Positions 1-13,147 of a stretch of DNA of 64,000 nucleotides are shown here, piece after piece. The position numbers and the translations under genes are program-made. Each line of letters begins with the position of its first letter. Position 1 is the stretch's first letter. The stretch is from Octopus sinensis (taxonomy: Eukaryota): the NCBI RefSeq assembly GCF_006345805.1, contig NC_042999.1, positions 100,068,001 through 100,132,000 of the forward strand. Direction: 5' to 3'. The notes beneath the pieces are model-generated. The model was not told the origin of the DNA. It made no database searches and worked only from the letters and a program-made list of their open reading frames with translations.

Positions 1-25
1 GCTTAACAATACAATTCTCTCACCC

Positions 26-26
26 G

Positions 27-85
<59 letters not shown>

Positions 86-90
86 TGTCT
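26..90. repeat. (CT)n microsatellite
   Basis: Direct reading; it also explains ORF 3..215. Confidence 0.95.
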
Positions 91-1970
91 CTCATTTTCG
101 AAAAGTTAACAAAATAGTTCTTCTTCACAATACCTGTCACTCCGTATCGTCTTTGACAAATATAGCTCATTGGACTATACAAAACTTGAACTAAGCAATA
201 AACTATAGAAAACAAGTTCTATACGGTGGTTTTGTACAGCCCAGAATTCAAACTTGTGACTACTTAACTATTTATTAGTAAATAAAAAAAATAACGTTTT
301 TTCTCACCGTTGGTTTCAAAAGTAATGTCTTAAAGATTCCCTTATATCTTCTTCCTGTTATACACATTGTATCCTACAAGACGAAACATAACAATAGAAC
401 GGCAAACTATTTATGGCCATAGCTCCATCCGGTATTTTCATCAATAACTATTTGATTTTTACATTTTTATTTCATGTATCCACTTTCATTTGACAATTGC
501 TTTTAGAAATTTGATGACTTTGTAATTTCGAATGTCTAATTTTTCATTGTGTACTCATGTTCAGTTGATCTTCTCTCTCTATTCCTCTTTGTTTACAGTC
601 TATCAAGCACCTGTCAATTTCATTCGAATCGAACTCACATCAGAGCTTTCACGATAATGTCTTTCCTCAATCTGTGTTTACTCGAGTTGTTTTAGAATAT
701 ATAGTTTCCAATATTGAATTTGTATCATTTACCCTAATATAATGTAAGCGTTTCTCACTACATCGACAGTGAGTGTAGACATTTCAAATGCGCGTTCTTA
801 TTCTGCATTCATGTATATGCATTTATATCTACAGTTATGTGTATATCTGTGTGTGTGTCTGCATATGTTGGTCTGCATGTGTAGGTCTGCATGTGTGGGT
901 CTGCATGTGTGTGAGTGTGTCACTATTATTTGGAATCTAGTGCTGACGTCATTTTAGTATTCCTTTTAGAATACGAAGACTACTGATTTACGATAGTAAA
1001 TCATTTAACGTTAACAGAAGATTCGGCATTTGTACTACGGTTGCCAGTCCCTTCTCTGATTCTCTCTAACAAATTAATGTGAGTCACTGAATCTTTCTTT
1101 CAAAATCAAATCAAACTTGTGATTCTGATTCCCAGCTAAGTTTACCGGGAGATACTACAATTTTGCACATGGTATTTTTAAATGTATTGATTATTCTTCC
1201 TGTCGATGAAATAAAGCTTCGAAGATATTGCTTAGCGATATACATATGGCAAACCAGCTACCTACTAAATAGCCGCTCCAGCTGATGATGTAGCAACAAG
1301 GTTCCCTCAAATAAACATACTGTTCTAAAAATTGAAAGGAAAAAATGCAGGATAATGTGATATATTATCCATGACATATACAGTCGTGAGTCTTTTTTGA
1401 AGAACATTTTATGATGAGCGTACCCGATTTGGTAACCTAGACTAATAACAGCTAGAAGTGCCAATCGCATTTTAATAACTATTTTGTGCTTAATATGTCT
1501 TAGTAACACTATATATATATATATCTGTGTATCTGGGTGTTTGTGTATAAATGAGTGTGTGCCCTGAGGAAAACGGATTGTCTTTCATAGCATTCATTTA
1601 GAGTGCTGTATTTTTTACACTACCCCTTCTTCACACTCAAATTGGGATGCAGTTTCCCCTAGGTATTTATTTGCCTTCGCTTGAAACAAATATAATCGCA
1701 AAAACTTTAAAGAATTTGTCTTGTGTGACAGTTATCATATATTTGTCCCTCTTTGGAATCCAACTTGCTTCTGGCCATTCTGTATTATTTCTGTTAGTTA
1801 ATTTCTGTTATATATGCATGCGCCTTTTTGTTTTATGCGTTTCCGCCCAATGACCGTGAACATGCTTGGGCCAGCTAGTGTCATCACTTTTTCAAAGACC
1901 TTTCTTTATTTGTGTGTGCATATAAATATATGTATGCATGCATGTTTCTAAGTGTGTGTGTGTGTGTTTA

Positions 1971-2318
1971 TGTATGTATGTATGTATGTATGTATGTATG
2001 TATGTATGTATGTATGTATGTATGTATGTATGTATGTATGTATGTATGTGAATGACCCTCGCGTCGTTAGACAACGTATGAGGCTTCGACAACTTCTTAC
2101 CGAACAACCACACAGATAATTTGTTTATAGTGATCAAATGTTCGCGTACACATAAGCTCACTCCCTCCAGCAGATCAGCATTACCTGTACAGGTACAATG
2201 GGTGCCACATGTCAGATGACGAAATGATCGCACAACGCAACGCCCGGTCTGGGAATCTAACCCACGATCTCGCAATTGTGAGTGCAACACCTTAACCAAT
2301 GAGCCATGCGCCTTCACA
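1971..2318 (-). mobile_element. tRNA-derived SINE (family C head) with (CATA)n tail
   Basis: Minus strand reads TGGCTCATTGG (A-box-like, 2296-2306) and GGGTTAGATTCCC (B-box-like, ~2251-2263). A unique body follows, then (TATG)n at 1971-2050. Confidence 0.7.
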
Positions 2319-2330
2319 TGCATATATATA

Positions 2331-2382
<52 letters not shown>

Positions 2383-2395
2383 TGTGTATGTATAG

Positions 2396-2430
<35 letters not shown>

Positions 2431-2437
<7 letters not shown>

Positions 2438-2941
2438 AACTCTAGTTGTGTGAGTGTCTGTCCCCTTCGATTTAGATTCCTAACTCCTCCCACATTTTGC
2501 GGTGCAGTTTAACCAAATTCGGGTATCTTATAGTCGTGATTAATATCGAGCGCGTCTGGCTATTAGCGCGCGTCTACGATGAGTCTACGATTTTTAAAAT
2601 AATTTAACATCATTTTTTATTCTATTTTAATGCATAATTTTTCGTGTGTCGATGGCGGCGGAGTTGGCGTCCACGCTCAAACACCTGCACCTGTGTTTGT
2701 TTCTCCCCCTTCCTCCCTCCCTCGTGAAGCTGTGGGGAAGGGAGTGTAAGGAAATCAATGTCGTAAAGCGTTGTCAAAGAGACCAGCGTTCTTTTAGAAC
2801 AACGACTTCATGGCTTGAAGACACCAAAACAGAAATGGCTAAGAAAGCCCGAATTGGCATCTATAAGGGAAGTAAGTCTCTAAAAATGTTTATATAGTTA
2901 TTTCCCTTACAAACCCGAGCAACGCCGGGCGATACTGCTAG
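2431..2941 (+). mobile_element. Non-autonomous Helitron, copy 1 of a tandem pair
   Basis: 3' hairpin CCCGAGCAACGCCGGG (2914-2929), then 8 nt, CTAG and T. TATAAAA-type 5' end embedded in (TA)n. Confidence 0.8.
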
Positions 2942-3451
2942 TATATATATAAAACTGTAGTTGTGTGAGTGTCTGTCCCCTTCGATTTAGATTCCTAACT
3001 ACTCCCACATTTTGCGGTGCAGTTTAACCAAATTCGGGTATCTTATAGTCGTGATTCATATCAAGCCCGTCTGAGTACTAGCGCGCGTCTACGATGAGTC
3101 TACGATTTTAAAAATAATTTAACATCATTTTTTATTCCATTTTAATGCATAATTTTTCGTGTGTCGATGGCGGCGGAGTTGGCGTCCATGGTCACACTTG
3201 CGCCTGTTTGCTTCTCCCCCTTCTTCCCTCCCTCGTGAAGCTGTGGGGAAGGGAGTGTAAGGAAATCAACGTCGTAAAGCGTTGTCAAGGAGACCAGCGT
3301 TCTTTTAGAACAACGACTTCATGACTTGAAGACACCCAAACAGAAATGGCTAAGAAAGCCCGAATTGGCATCTATAAGGGAAGTAACTCTCTAAAAATGC
3401 TTATATAGTCATTTCCCTTACAAACCCGAGCAACGCCCGGCGATACTGCTA

Positions 3452-3452
<1 letters not shown>
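2942..3452 (+). mobile_element. Non-autonomous Helitron, copy 2 of a tandem pair
   Basis: About 510-bp head-to-tail repeat of 2431-2941 with scattered substitutions; ends CGATACTGCTAG|T. Confidence 0.8.
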
Positions 3453-3495
<43 letters not shown>

Positions 3496-3508
3496 TGTGT
3501 GTGTATAG

Positions 3509-3549
<41 letters not shown>

Positions 3550-6013
3550 TTTGCCATGTTTTGATGTTATGTGCTTCAAAGTTACGGTAAATCCATTGAT
3601 TATAAAGGCTCTGAGTTTTTCTTTCATTTCTTCTAAGTGACCTTAAATATGTTTCCCCTTATATTATGGTGTTTCATAGTTTCTATTTCCCCTCATTCCT
3701 GTCGCTAATAACGAATATCAAAAATTACTTATTAGTTACGGAAGCATTATTAATTCAATCTAACCTTTCCGTGTGTCACACTTAGCACAGATACATTGAC
3801 GACAACATGGAAACTGACAGTGTCCGCCTCAAGAAAATACCTCGTATAGACGTATAGTGTAAATAAAAAATACTGAAGTATTAGCTGAATTTAGTATTCC
3901 GTATATCTTATACTTTTACTGCTTCGTTTGCTAAAACGTAATATCCAGCCTACCGGGTACGGATTATCCCGGTCGTATTTGCGTTGCCGTTGTTTTGTTA
4001 ATTACTGCTTATTCATAATAGTGTGAGCTAAATCTGTCTATGGACGTAGTTGTTAGAGGATGCGTGTTATCAATGAACTCAAAAAAGCAGAAATAAATAT
4101 TTAGGTATTTTAACGCGGCTGCTAGACACTCTTCGCCGGCTACTGATATATTTCTGTATGTTTTAACATTATAAGCCTGCAAGGGAAGCTTTCCCGAGCC
4201 AAATACCGGAGTTGCAACACTTTCTGCAGTATATCTGTACTAAGTATGTTAGAGAATGTTAATATCATATGTGTGTGTGTATTGTATGTGTGTGCTTGTG
4301 CGTCTGTCTGTGTGTCTGTATTTGTGTATACAAACAGATATACATGTATATACATATATCGTTTAATGTACACAGTATAAAGATATTTATCTCTCACTGG
4401 ATGGTGCACTTTTTTGTTGATTTCACTGTAACTGAACAGTAAGCTGTATATACATGTATGGGGGTGTAGGGTTCGGGGTGTCCGGCCTTTTTGTGCTATA
4501 TTTTATACTTTGCTTTTCAGGAAATGCCTATTATATTCTCATGCAATCATTCTAGTAAATATACATTTTGAGGGGTTCATCGATTAACCATAATATACAG
4601 TATTTAGCTTATCCACTTATTATCTTTAAAACATGTAATAGAATACACTCAGTTGTATCCTATCAGTCCTAATTTTTATGCTTTCACTTTCACATTGACA
4701 AGTATTATTTACACATAAACCTGGCTTCCTAACACGCATCGCTTATTTTGTCATGTAGCCAACCTTTGACTTGCCGGTTTACATAGGAATGCCTTTTCGT
4801 TGTCAGAAATAAATGAAGCATTGCTTTCTTTACAGTTTTCATTGCCTCATAACTAAGAGGATTTTATGTAGTGAAACATAAATGATAAGTAAATGAATAG
4901 CTTTGAATTGTACTGGCGGAAATATCATTGGATATAACTATGACGTGTGCGATTTTCTATGGCTTGGTTGTTTGTATATCTTAAGTAATTGAATCATCAC
5001 TCATAAAAAAGACATTGATACTTCACTTCATAATATCTTTCAATGTACAAGTTTTTTTGTTCTATTATTTAATCATTAGTTTGGAAAATTCTATTATACC
5101 TTTGCTTTTGTTAGGATTTGGGTATTAAATAAATGATGTTATCAAAAATTACTATTACCACACATTACCAGGGATAAAAACACAAAATGTTTCTGCCTAC
5201 GACGAAAGATTCGATCGCAACGTCAGTAAAATATTTTCTTTAAAACATTTATTCGTTACATAATAAATCTGTAACGGGTTTCTATGTTATGAAACACTTT
5301 TATGAAATAAACCCAATATTGTTGCTTTATCTTCAATAATCATAGGCCACATAATTCATATTAACAGAAAACAAACTAAATATACTAAGACAAAATAGAC
5401 TCAGCAGAACAAGAGGAGACACATAGGATAAAGAGTCATTGAAGAGGCTACAGGACGCGTGACGAAAGAATTTTGACAATGAATCTTCGGTCCTGTATCG
5501 TCTTAGTGAATCCATGAAGAAAGCTAGGTTACTTTTACTTTTTCCCCTTCGTTCATAATGTCACGCCAACCAGTAAATTATCTGTACGTTATTGATCGTT
5601 CTTTATTCATTGGTAAAGGATGGATGAATACACTTACTCTAAGATAATGGAAATATTTCCACCACAATCAAAACAAAATACTCATCAATTATGCATTTGC
5701 TACATTGCCTACGTTGATTGAGCTGTTCTATTTCATAGCTCTTATTTACAACTAAACACAGCAATAATTGCACTCATTTACACTAAACATATATGAAGAA
5801 TAAGAGTTAAGAAATGTCTGAAAATAACCATAGATTTTTCGCTTAAATATCAGAAAACTGTTTGATTAGTAATGTACACGGGAAAATATAAGAAAAAATG
5901 CAATATGAATTGATGTTTTATGGCGACGATAAATAAGTTCTATGAAACATTAAATAGAATACTAATGAGAGAGGAAATAACACCTAGTCTAACAGAGACG
6001 TCCAGTTAAACAG

Positions 6014-6020
6014 AATATAT

Positions 6021-6091
<71 letters not shown>

Positions 6092-6102
6092 CAAACACAT
6101 AC

Positions 6103-6133
<31 letters not shown>

Positions 6134-6243
6134 CATACATACATACATACATACATACATACATACATACATACATACATACATACATACATACATACAT
6201 ACATACATACATACAAACATATATATATATATATATATACATA
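6014..6243. repeat. (TA)n/(CATA)n compound microsatellite
   Basis: Direct reading. Confidence 0.95.
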
Positions 6244-6339
6244 TAGGATGCGTCTGAATTGCTGGAAAGTGAATTACGGCAAAATGAAAATAGCACTAAC
6301 ATCTCATTTTAACATATATTTACCCAAATGATATAGAAG

Positions 6340-6486
6340 CATCTTGAAAGTCGCCATTGGCTTCAACCACGGCCTCCAGACGACTTTGGAATCTCCTAAA
6401 ACTCCTCTGGGTGGTCTCCTTTTTTAAGTTGGTTTAGTGAACGCTGCCATAATCCTTGCCTTCAGTTCATCTTTGTTGTGATTCGG
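6340..6486 (-). pseudogene. Tc1/mariner-superfamily transposase C-terminal fragment
   Basis: Manual minus-strand translation with one frameshift: HNKDELKARIMAAFT / NLKKETTQRSFRRFQSRLEAVVEANGDF. This is a typical Tc1/mariner transposase C-terminus. Confidence 0.7.
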
Positions 6487-6499
6487 ACTAAAACTTATA

Positions 6500-6942
6500 T
6501 TGTTATTACCGTTATGACGTATTTTCATGTCCTGATTAATAGAGGTAGAATTAATGTCAATAGTATTAATTTCGATAATTTTTTCTTTGTAGTCTGCTTT
6601 AAGTAAGGCAGGGTTATAGAACTCGGCTTTATCGTTGAAGATATCAGCATTGGCAGATAATCTAGAAAGTCTAAGTTGAAATATTTCTAACTAAATTCCT
6701 TATAATAGTCTTTGAATGATTACTGAAAGAGCTAATATATTTTAAATTAGTTGAGAGTTTATGGTATGGGAAATATGAATCATTATGTAAGTTAAGGGTA
6801 ATATCTAAAAAGTTGGTTTTAATTATATCATCATCGAAAACAATGCTTAAGCCCATGTTTCGGAAAAATTTAACCAACATATTCTTAACCCTTTGTAATT
6901 TTTGGTTAGAAATATTTTGAAGCTAGATTAGACAATCGTCAT
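6500..6942 (-). pseudogene. Penelope-like element RT, 3' part (catalytic DD motif plus C-terminal domain)
   Basis: Minus strand: YDDCLI*LQN..., then TNFLDITLNL..YFPYHK..LKYISSFSNH..IIRNL..IST, then frameshifted RLSRLSANADIF...YNPALLK. Confidence 0.8.
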
Positions 6943-6945
6943 AAT

Positions 6946-7371
6946 AATTATAGCAAACATATTCTAGACAAATATATTCCTAGTTTAATTAAAAAATTAA
7001 AGCTTGATTTATGGTCTCATTCGTTCCAAGTGATCGACTGGTTTAAGTCTACTAATAACAAGAAGTGCACTAAGTTTATCCAGTTCGACATTTCTAGTTA
7101 CTATTCCTCTATTAACCCGATTGTATTCAACAAAGCACTCTGGTTCGCACACAACAAAGCAGGTCACACCAAGGAGGAAATTAATGTGGTGTTAGCTGCC
7201 AGAAAATCAATCATTAAATTTGAAAACAAGCTGTGGGTCCCTAAAGATACGGCTGACAGTTTTGATGTCACGATGGGAAGTTATGACTCAGCACAACTGG
7301 CTAATTTGGTCGGTATATATATCCTTTATGAGATGGCTCGCCAATTCCCAAATATCAATGGAAGTTTATGA
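6946..7371 (+). pseudogene. Penelope-like element RT core, 5' part (inverted relative to 6500-6942)
   Basis: SKHILDK..LW..VIDWFK..KFIQFDISSYYSSI..ARKSII..WV.K..FDVTMGSYDSAQLANLVGIYIL..NGSL matches PLE RT motifs up to just before the YxDD motif. Confidence 0.85.
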
Positions 7372-7869
7372 AAATAATAACATTGGTATTATTAATACTA
7401 ACCATTCTTTGAACAACTTGACAGCAGGTGTTGGTATGTTTACGTCTATGTAAAAAGAAACATAAAAAGTACCAGACATGAAAACAAAAAATTAAGAGCT
7501 GGTGTCGATTTTTTCGATTAAAGAAACTGTGCTCCAGCATGATCACAATTCAATAATTATTGATTTTATTTGCTTTTTTTTAATATTTACTATAACTACT
7601 TTACTTCTACTCTATCCCTTCATGTATTTTGTTAACATTTTGGATGGTCAATTCCCTGAACTTAGATCAAGTATCGTAATTTATGTGAAACAGTATATCT
7701 TCATTTTACTGACTTTACCAAATTTATTTTATCTAATCTTGATCATCCATACACTGTATATATAAAGAGAAAATTTTGGAGCTGAATCATTGGTAGAACC
7801 ATGTTGCTCTGGTGATCTGATGAGTCAGCTTTCTTTATCTGCATTGATTTCTTAATATACAATTGTATT

Positions 7870-8635
7870 AAGGAGGCGAGCTGGCAGAAACGTTAGCGTG
7901 TCGGGCGAAATGCTTAGCGGTATTTCGTCTGTCGCTACGTTCTGAGTTCACATTTCGCCGTGGTTGACTTTGCCTTTCATCCTTTCGGGGTCGATAAATT
8001 AAGTACCAGTTACGCACTAGGATCGATGTAATCGACTTAATCCGTTTGTCTGTCCTTGTTTGTCTCCTCTGTGTTTAGCCCCTTGTGGGTAGTAAAGAAA
8101 TAGGTATTTCGTCTGCCGTTACGTTCTGAGTTCAAATTCCGCCGAGGTCGACTTTACCTTTCATCCTTTCGGGGTCGTTAAATTAAGTACCAGTTACGCA
8201 CTGGTGTCGATGTAATCGACTTAATCCGTTTGTCTGTCCTTGTTTGTCTCCTCTGTGTTTAGCCCCTTGTGGGTAGTAAAGAAATAGGTATTTCGTCTGC
8301 CGTTACGTTCTGAGTTCAAATTCCGCCGAGGTCGACTTTACCTTTCATCCTTTCGGGGTCGTTAAATTAAGTACCAGTTACGCACTGGTGTCGATGTAAT
8401 CGGCTTAATCTGTTTGTCTGTCCTTGTTTGTCCCCTCTATGTTTAGCCCCTTGTGGGTAGTAAAGAAATAGGTATTTCGTCTGCCGTTACGTTCTGAGTT
8501 CAAATTCTGCCGAGGTCGACTTTTCCTTTCATCCTTTCGGGGTCGATAAATTAAGTACCAGTTCCATACTGGGATCGATCTAATCGACTGCCCCCCTCCC
8601 CAAAATGTCGGGCCTTCTGCTTAAAGTAGAAAAGG
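7870..8635 (+). mobile_element. tRNA-derived SINE family A, multimeric form (184-bp internal tandem units), with 15-bp TSD
   Basis: Head AAGGAGGCGAGCTGGCAGAAACG. TATTTCGTC recurs at 7921, 8105, 8289 and 8473. B-box-like GAGTTCAAATTCC in the units. Central GTCGACTTT.CCTTTCATCCTTTCGGGGTCG resembles the Nin/Deu SINE domain. TSD ATATACAATTGTATT at 7855-7869 and 8636-8650. Confidence 0.9.
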
Positions 8636-8982
8636 ATATACAATTGTATTGTATAGTGCATAGCGTACATGTTACTTCAGATATGTTAACATAATTTATT
8701 ATACACGAAGGCTGTGAAACGGCTGTAATCCTGAAGATAACAAGTGTTTAAATGAATAAATTCACCTCTCATACCTGCTCACGTTTTATAGTTTCTATAT
8801 TACTCATGAAATAATTTCATCGATCGGTTCCTCTATATTTCAGCTGCAGGTAATTTTGCATCATACCCTTCTTTATAGGATTATGTGCTCAGTTATTCGA
8901 GTCCACTAGAAGAGCTTTCTGAGACAAGCAAACTATTCGATGAATCCGATGAAACGATATACTACACTACAAATGTATATAT

Positions 8983-8983
8983 T

Positions 8984-9035
<52 letters not shown>

Positions 9036-9174
9036 CAGACAGACGCGCATATATACACACATACATACATACTTACATGCATACTTACATGCATACTTAC
9101 ATGCATACTTACATGCATACATACATGCATACATACATACATATGCACAGACATACACACACACACACACACAC

Positions 9175-9212
<38 letters not shown>
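8983..9212. repeat. (GATA)n / (CATACTTACATG)n / (CA)n / (TA)n compound repeat
   Basis: Direct reading. Confidence 0.95.
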
Positions 9213-9216
<4 letters not shown>

Positions 9217-11727
9217 CTTTATTGTTATTTCCCAACATTATGTAGATATAATCCATCTCTTGCTATTATTATTTCATATGAAATCATTTCAATTCTTAAA
9301 AATAATTGGAATTATTTATTAAGAGTGAATGAAAAGTGATCTTCTGAAATAATTATGGCAAACACAGTTTTCTTATCCTTCAAATGCTTGATAGCTAAAT
9401 GTAACATCAGTCACTTTAAGTACCCAATGCTAGCACGCTGAAAACTAACAAAGCTATTTTTATTGTCGTTTATTTCAATTATTTAAGGTTTGCATTCATA
9501 CATTCTAAATAAATGAAAAGACAATCAGAAAACTAGCAAGCAATTAATTTTAGCGTGGTTCTCAAATACATCGAAGACGTTGCCTAGTATCATTATTTCT
9601 TTGATTAGAAAATGCTCACAAACAACTAGAAAGAAAGAACATTTACATTCTGCACTATTTAGTTAATCTTCAGAAGTAATTTAGATATCGAAGTATCCTG
9701 GATATTCTTTAATAATTTTCTGACATATTGTATATTATGCTCATCTCAATTTCATGCATTTGTTATTATTTTGCTTGTATTTATTTCATACATAGTAAAA
9801 ATCTTTTGACATCATATTCAATAAAGTTGTCACAACAAAATCGTTTACAAATAAATTGAAAGTGAAAAGTGGAGGCCAATTACAATCTATTCGTGGTTGA
9901 AACTCTAAATTCAAAATTTATATATTTATTGCAATTTCAACTAATTAACGCTATTAAATATGCAATTCAAATAAATATAGTATACTGGACGTTAAGTTTA
10001 TATTTTCAACTCTCGCTGTTGATTGCAAAACAGATTAAAAGACAAATTTTCTCTGACATCTGACATATTAGAATGGGAATTTATTTCATTATTATATTCG
10101 TAAAAAATATCGTTTACTTTCCAACGTACATTTTGTGCCTAATAGAAAAATAAAATAATTATTTCTCAATTTCATTTTGCATTGTCCAGCAGAGAACAAT
10201 CTATATTTTGATATATAATAGTCCAGAGAAATAATATTCATTATTGAAACTTTTTACGGTTTTCATCAAAGATCAACATAACGCTCATGATTTGATAGTT
10301 TTATTTCAGTGAAAATTTTCATTATTTTATTTGCTCACAAATAAAAATGATTATTATTTTTAGCCTAAGTTTCGAATATCGAACCAACGCCATATTTAAT
10401 AATGAAGTTGTTGTTTGAAAATAGCAATAAATAAAACTTCTTTAAAGAACTTCACAGTTCGAGAGAAATAGCTTCATTAAAATACTAGCTTCAAAAATCA
10501 ACTTGTCGATGTATCTCGTAGTCTGAACGTTTAAGCAACTGGTAATATAAATAAGGTTAAACCGAAAATAGGTTACTGCTGGTTGGAGCTATAAGTTTTA
10601 AGTAAACACCTAATAGAGTGGCATCTGACAGAAAACCTAACGGTAAAAGCTATTGCCGTCACTTCTGGTTGTAACCATATAAAATTTGGATAGGTTCGCT
10701 GATTGATTCTGCTGTAGGTTAATATTATGCAGCTTATGTAACTGCTACCTTGAAAAGGGTTGTATGATTCTTGTAATGTGCTATAGTTTAACCACAGATC
10801 AGTTCCGATTGTGTAGACCTCTCCTCAAAGACATTCTCATTCTGAACATCTTGTTTTCTGAATATATAGGATCTTCACGTTCACAACTGGATATGATTTG
10901 AATGAATTTAGTTGCCCCAGATAGTTGGACACATACTTTAATTACTTTATCTCTTCATATTCTATCTTGTTGACAACTTGTGGTTTATGATAGCTTTGAA
11001 CTGATTTAGCTTCTCTGCAATGTTTTATCAATCGATGATATATTTTGCGGGTGTGTTTTGCAAAAATAACCGCCATTACATAGTGAAATATCTTACCTTA
11101 AAATTGTTTATATTTAACTATTACCTATATTTAAATGGCTCCTACTGAGAAAGCAAACAATTTATAATGGAGTATATATTTCTTAAAGCAATGTATCCTC
11201 TTTGTCCATAATAGACAGTTTTTATATTATTGACGACACTACGTGACATATAAATGTCACATTGTGACATTAGCGAAAACAAGGGAGCAACCAAGATTGT
11301 AAACAATGATTTTATGAACAAATGCAAATAACAAATTTTCAGACGAATTTCTTGTTTATAATTTCTATGGTTTCTATGAAAATGCAGCCATATTAATTTA
11401 AGTTTCGCTTTCTGCTCACTCCCTGTAGAGTAGTGTATTTTACAGCTATTTTGGGGACGAGTAGTTTCTTAGGCACTTTTCTTCACCCATAACCACTTAC
11501 TTTGCACTTATATCCTGAAGATATAGCAATTTTTTTATTTGGTTTACATTAAATATATTTTGCTTTTGCCCTCAGAGTGGTTCTCTAGAAATTTATACTG
11601 TCATCAACTAAGATCTCCACTATTAAAATGATTTAGTTTAACTAGTATTGCTGACATTAAATATATCTTTAAAATAATTGTTGTTTAGACTCTGGATAGT
11701 TCTGATAGAGCAAACTTATGATGAAAC

Positions 11728-11730
<3 letters not shown>

Positions 11731-11778
<48 letters not shown>
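11731..11778. repeat. (TG)n microsatellite
   Basis: Direct reading. Confidence 0.95.
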
Positions 11779-11781
<3 letters not shown>

Positions 11782-12670
11782 ATGTGTCTTTGACCATATT
11801 ATCCATTGTCTTCATAGTTTTAAAAAATAAAGGAAATCTGGCTTTCATAGTCAAGTTAACTTGCAAATATTTTCGTAATGATGCTATTGATATTGTCTTT
11901 GTGCTTGTTCGTTTTTGTTTGCTTGTTGTTTTTTTATAAATAACTAATTAGTGAACTAAATAGTGAATTGCTAAATAACAATACAGTATTTAATGTTGAT
12001 GCATCAGATAAACATTGTCGTGTGATGTTCAGTATTGTCTACTCCAGTAGTAACGGTCACGAGCGCAAAGCATCGAACCTGCAAAAGCATGTCCTGGCGG
12101 AAGGGAGACCGCAGCTGATGCTTATGCATAGTAATTAAAGTATCTGCTGACTCCATATGTCTAATCTCTACTGTGACATATTCGGGTGCTGCTGATTTCT
12201 TAACAATATGCCTTTACATAATATGCCAGTCGGAATCTAGCCGAAAGATTTTTATACGTAGAGAACATTTGAATACTTTTAAAATGCCATCGCTATGTAA
12301 GCTAGCTATTGCGGACACAAAAGGTGAATGAATAAATGGATAATAATGATTATAGCGTGTTACAACTGAATCTAGTGCCATGTAGAAACAAGATATTTCA
12401 GTTCAACATGTAACAAAGTATTATGAAATGTAGTTGGCGTGATGTTTGAATAAATCAATAGTGTTAGCCAGCAGTTGAATGAAAGGACGTTTTCGGGCAT
12501 TTGTTGTTAGAAATGTGTTACATAAAAATTATATGAAGACAAGACTTCACTAATGAAGGATAGATTATATCAGTAGTAATAATATCATAAAAAAGAAAAC
12601 TTTAATAGTACTAAGTATGACTTAATATACCTTGCAATAGCTCAACTAATTTCTACCCGCACGTGGAAGG

Positions 12671-12838
12671 TGGGTTGGCGGTTGATGAGCAGAGTCGTCT
12701 GAATGTAGGAACAAAATACCTAATATATACCGTTATTTACTTATGATCCTTTTTGTTCTAAGATCAAATCCCACCGAGGTCCTCATTGCCTTTCATACTT
12801 CTATGATCGATGAAATAAAGTACTGGTTAAGTACTAGA
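12671..12838 (+). mobile_element. Decayed SINE family A, interrupted by the 12839-13543 insertion
   Basis: CAAATCCCACCGAGGTC..GCCTTTCAT..GATCGATGAAATAAAGTAC resembles the family A core. Confidence 0.55.
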
Positions 12839-13019
12839 CACAGTTATATATTTAAGAGATGAGAAATTATGTACATTATTTACATTCGACGGATATTTGT
12901 CCTCATCTTGTTTGTTGTTAACACAATGTTTCAGCTGATATACCCTCCAGCCTTCTTCAGGTGGCTTGGGGAAATGTATAACCTGGGTTCCCATTCCTAA
13001 GGTATTTTTCGATGTTGTC

Positions 13020-13071
<52 letters not shown>

Positions 13072-13143
13072 TATTATTATTATTCAGATCACAGCCTGGA
13101 ATGGAACTCAGAATCATGGGGATAGTAGCCCGCACTCTTAACA
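12839..13143 (-). mobile_element. tRNA-headed, (AAT)n-linker, hammerhead-tailed element (left arm, A-box truncated)
   Basis: Reverse complement aligns with 13160-13543 across head, (AAT)n and tail. Confidence 0.8.
12920..12965 (-). ncRNA. Degenerate minimal type I hammerhead ribozyme motif
   Basis: GCCAC-CUGAAGA-A-GGCUG-loop-CAGCU-GAAAC-AUU-GUGUU. The core is intact; the stem III ACGU palindrome reads ACAU. Confidence 0.65.
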
Positions 13144-13147
13144 AAAG

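Noticed and set aside
5188-5232. Hammerhead-like GACGAAAGATTCGATCGCAACGTC
   Set aside because: Both core strands are mutated and stem I is not supported; at most a heavily decayed relic.
7815-7835. CTGATGAG as a hammerhead core start
   Set aside because: No stem II or GAAA follows.
7921-8610. 184-bp periodic array as a CRISPR-like or bacterial repeat
   Set aside because: There are no unique spacers; the units are SINE-internal, flanked by a TSD, in a eukaryotic context.
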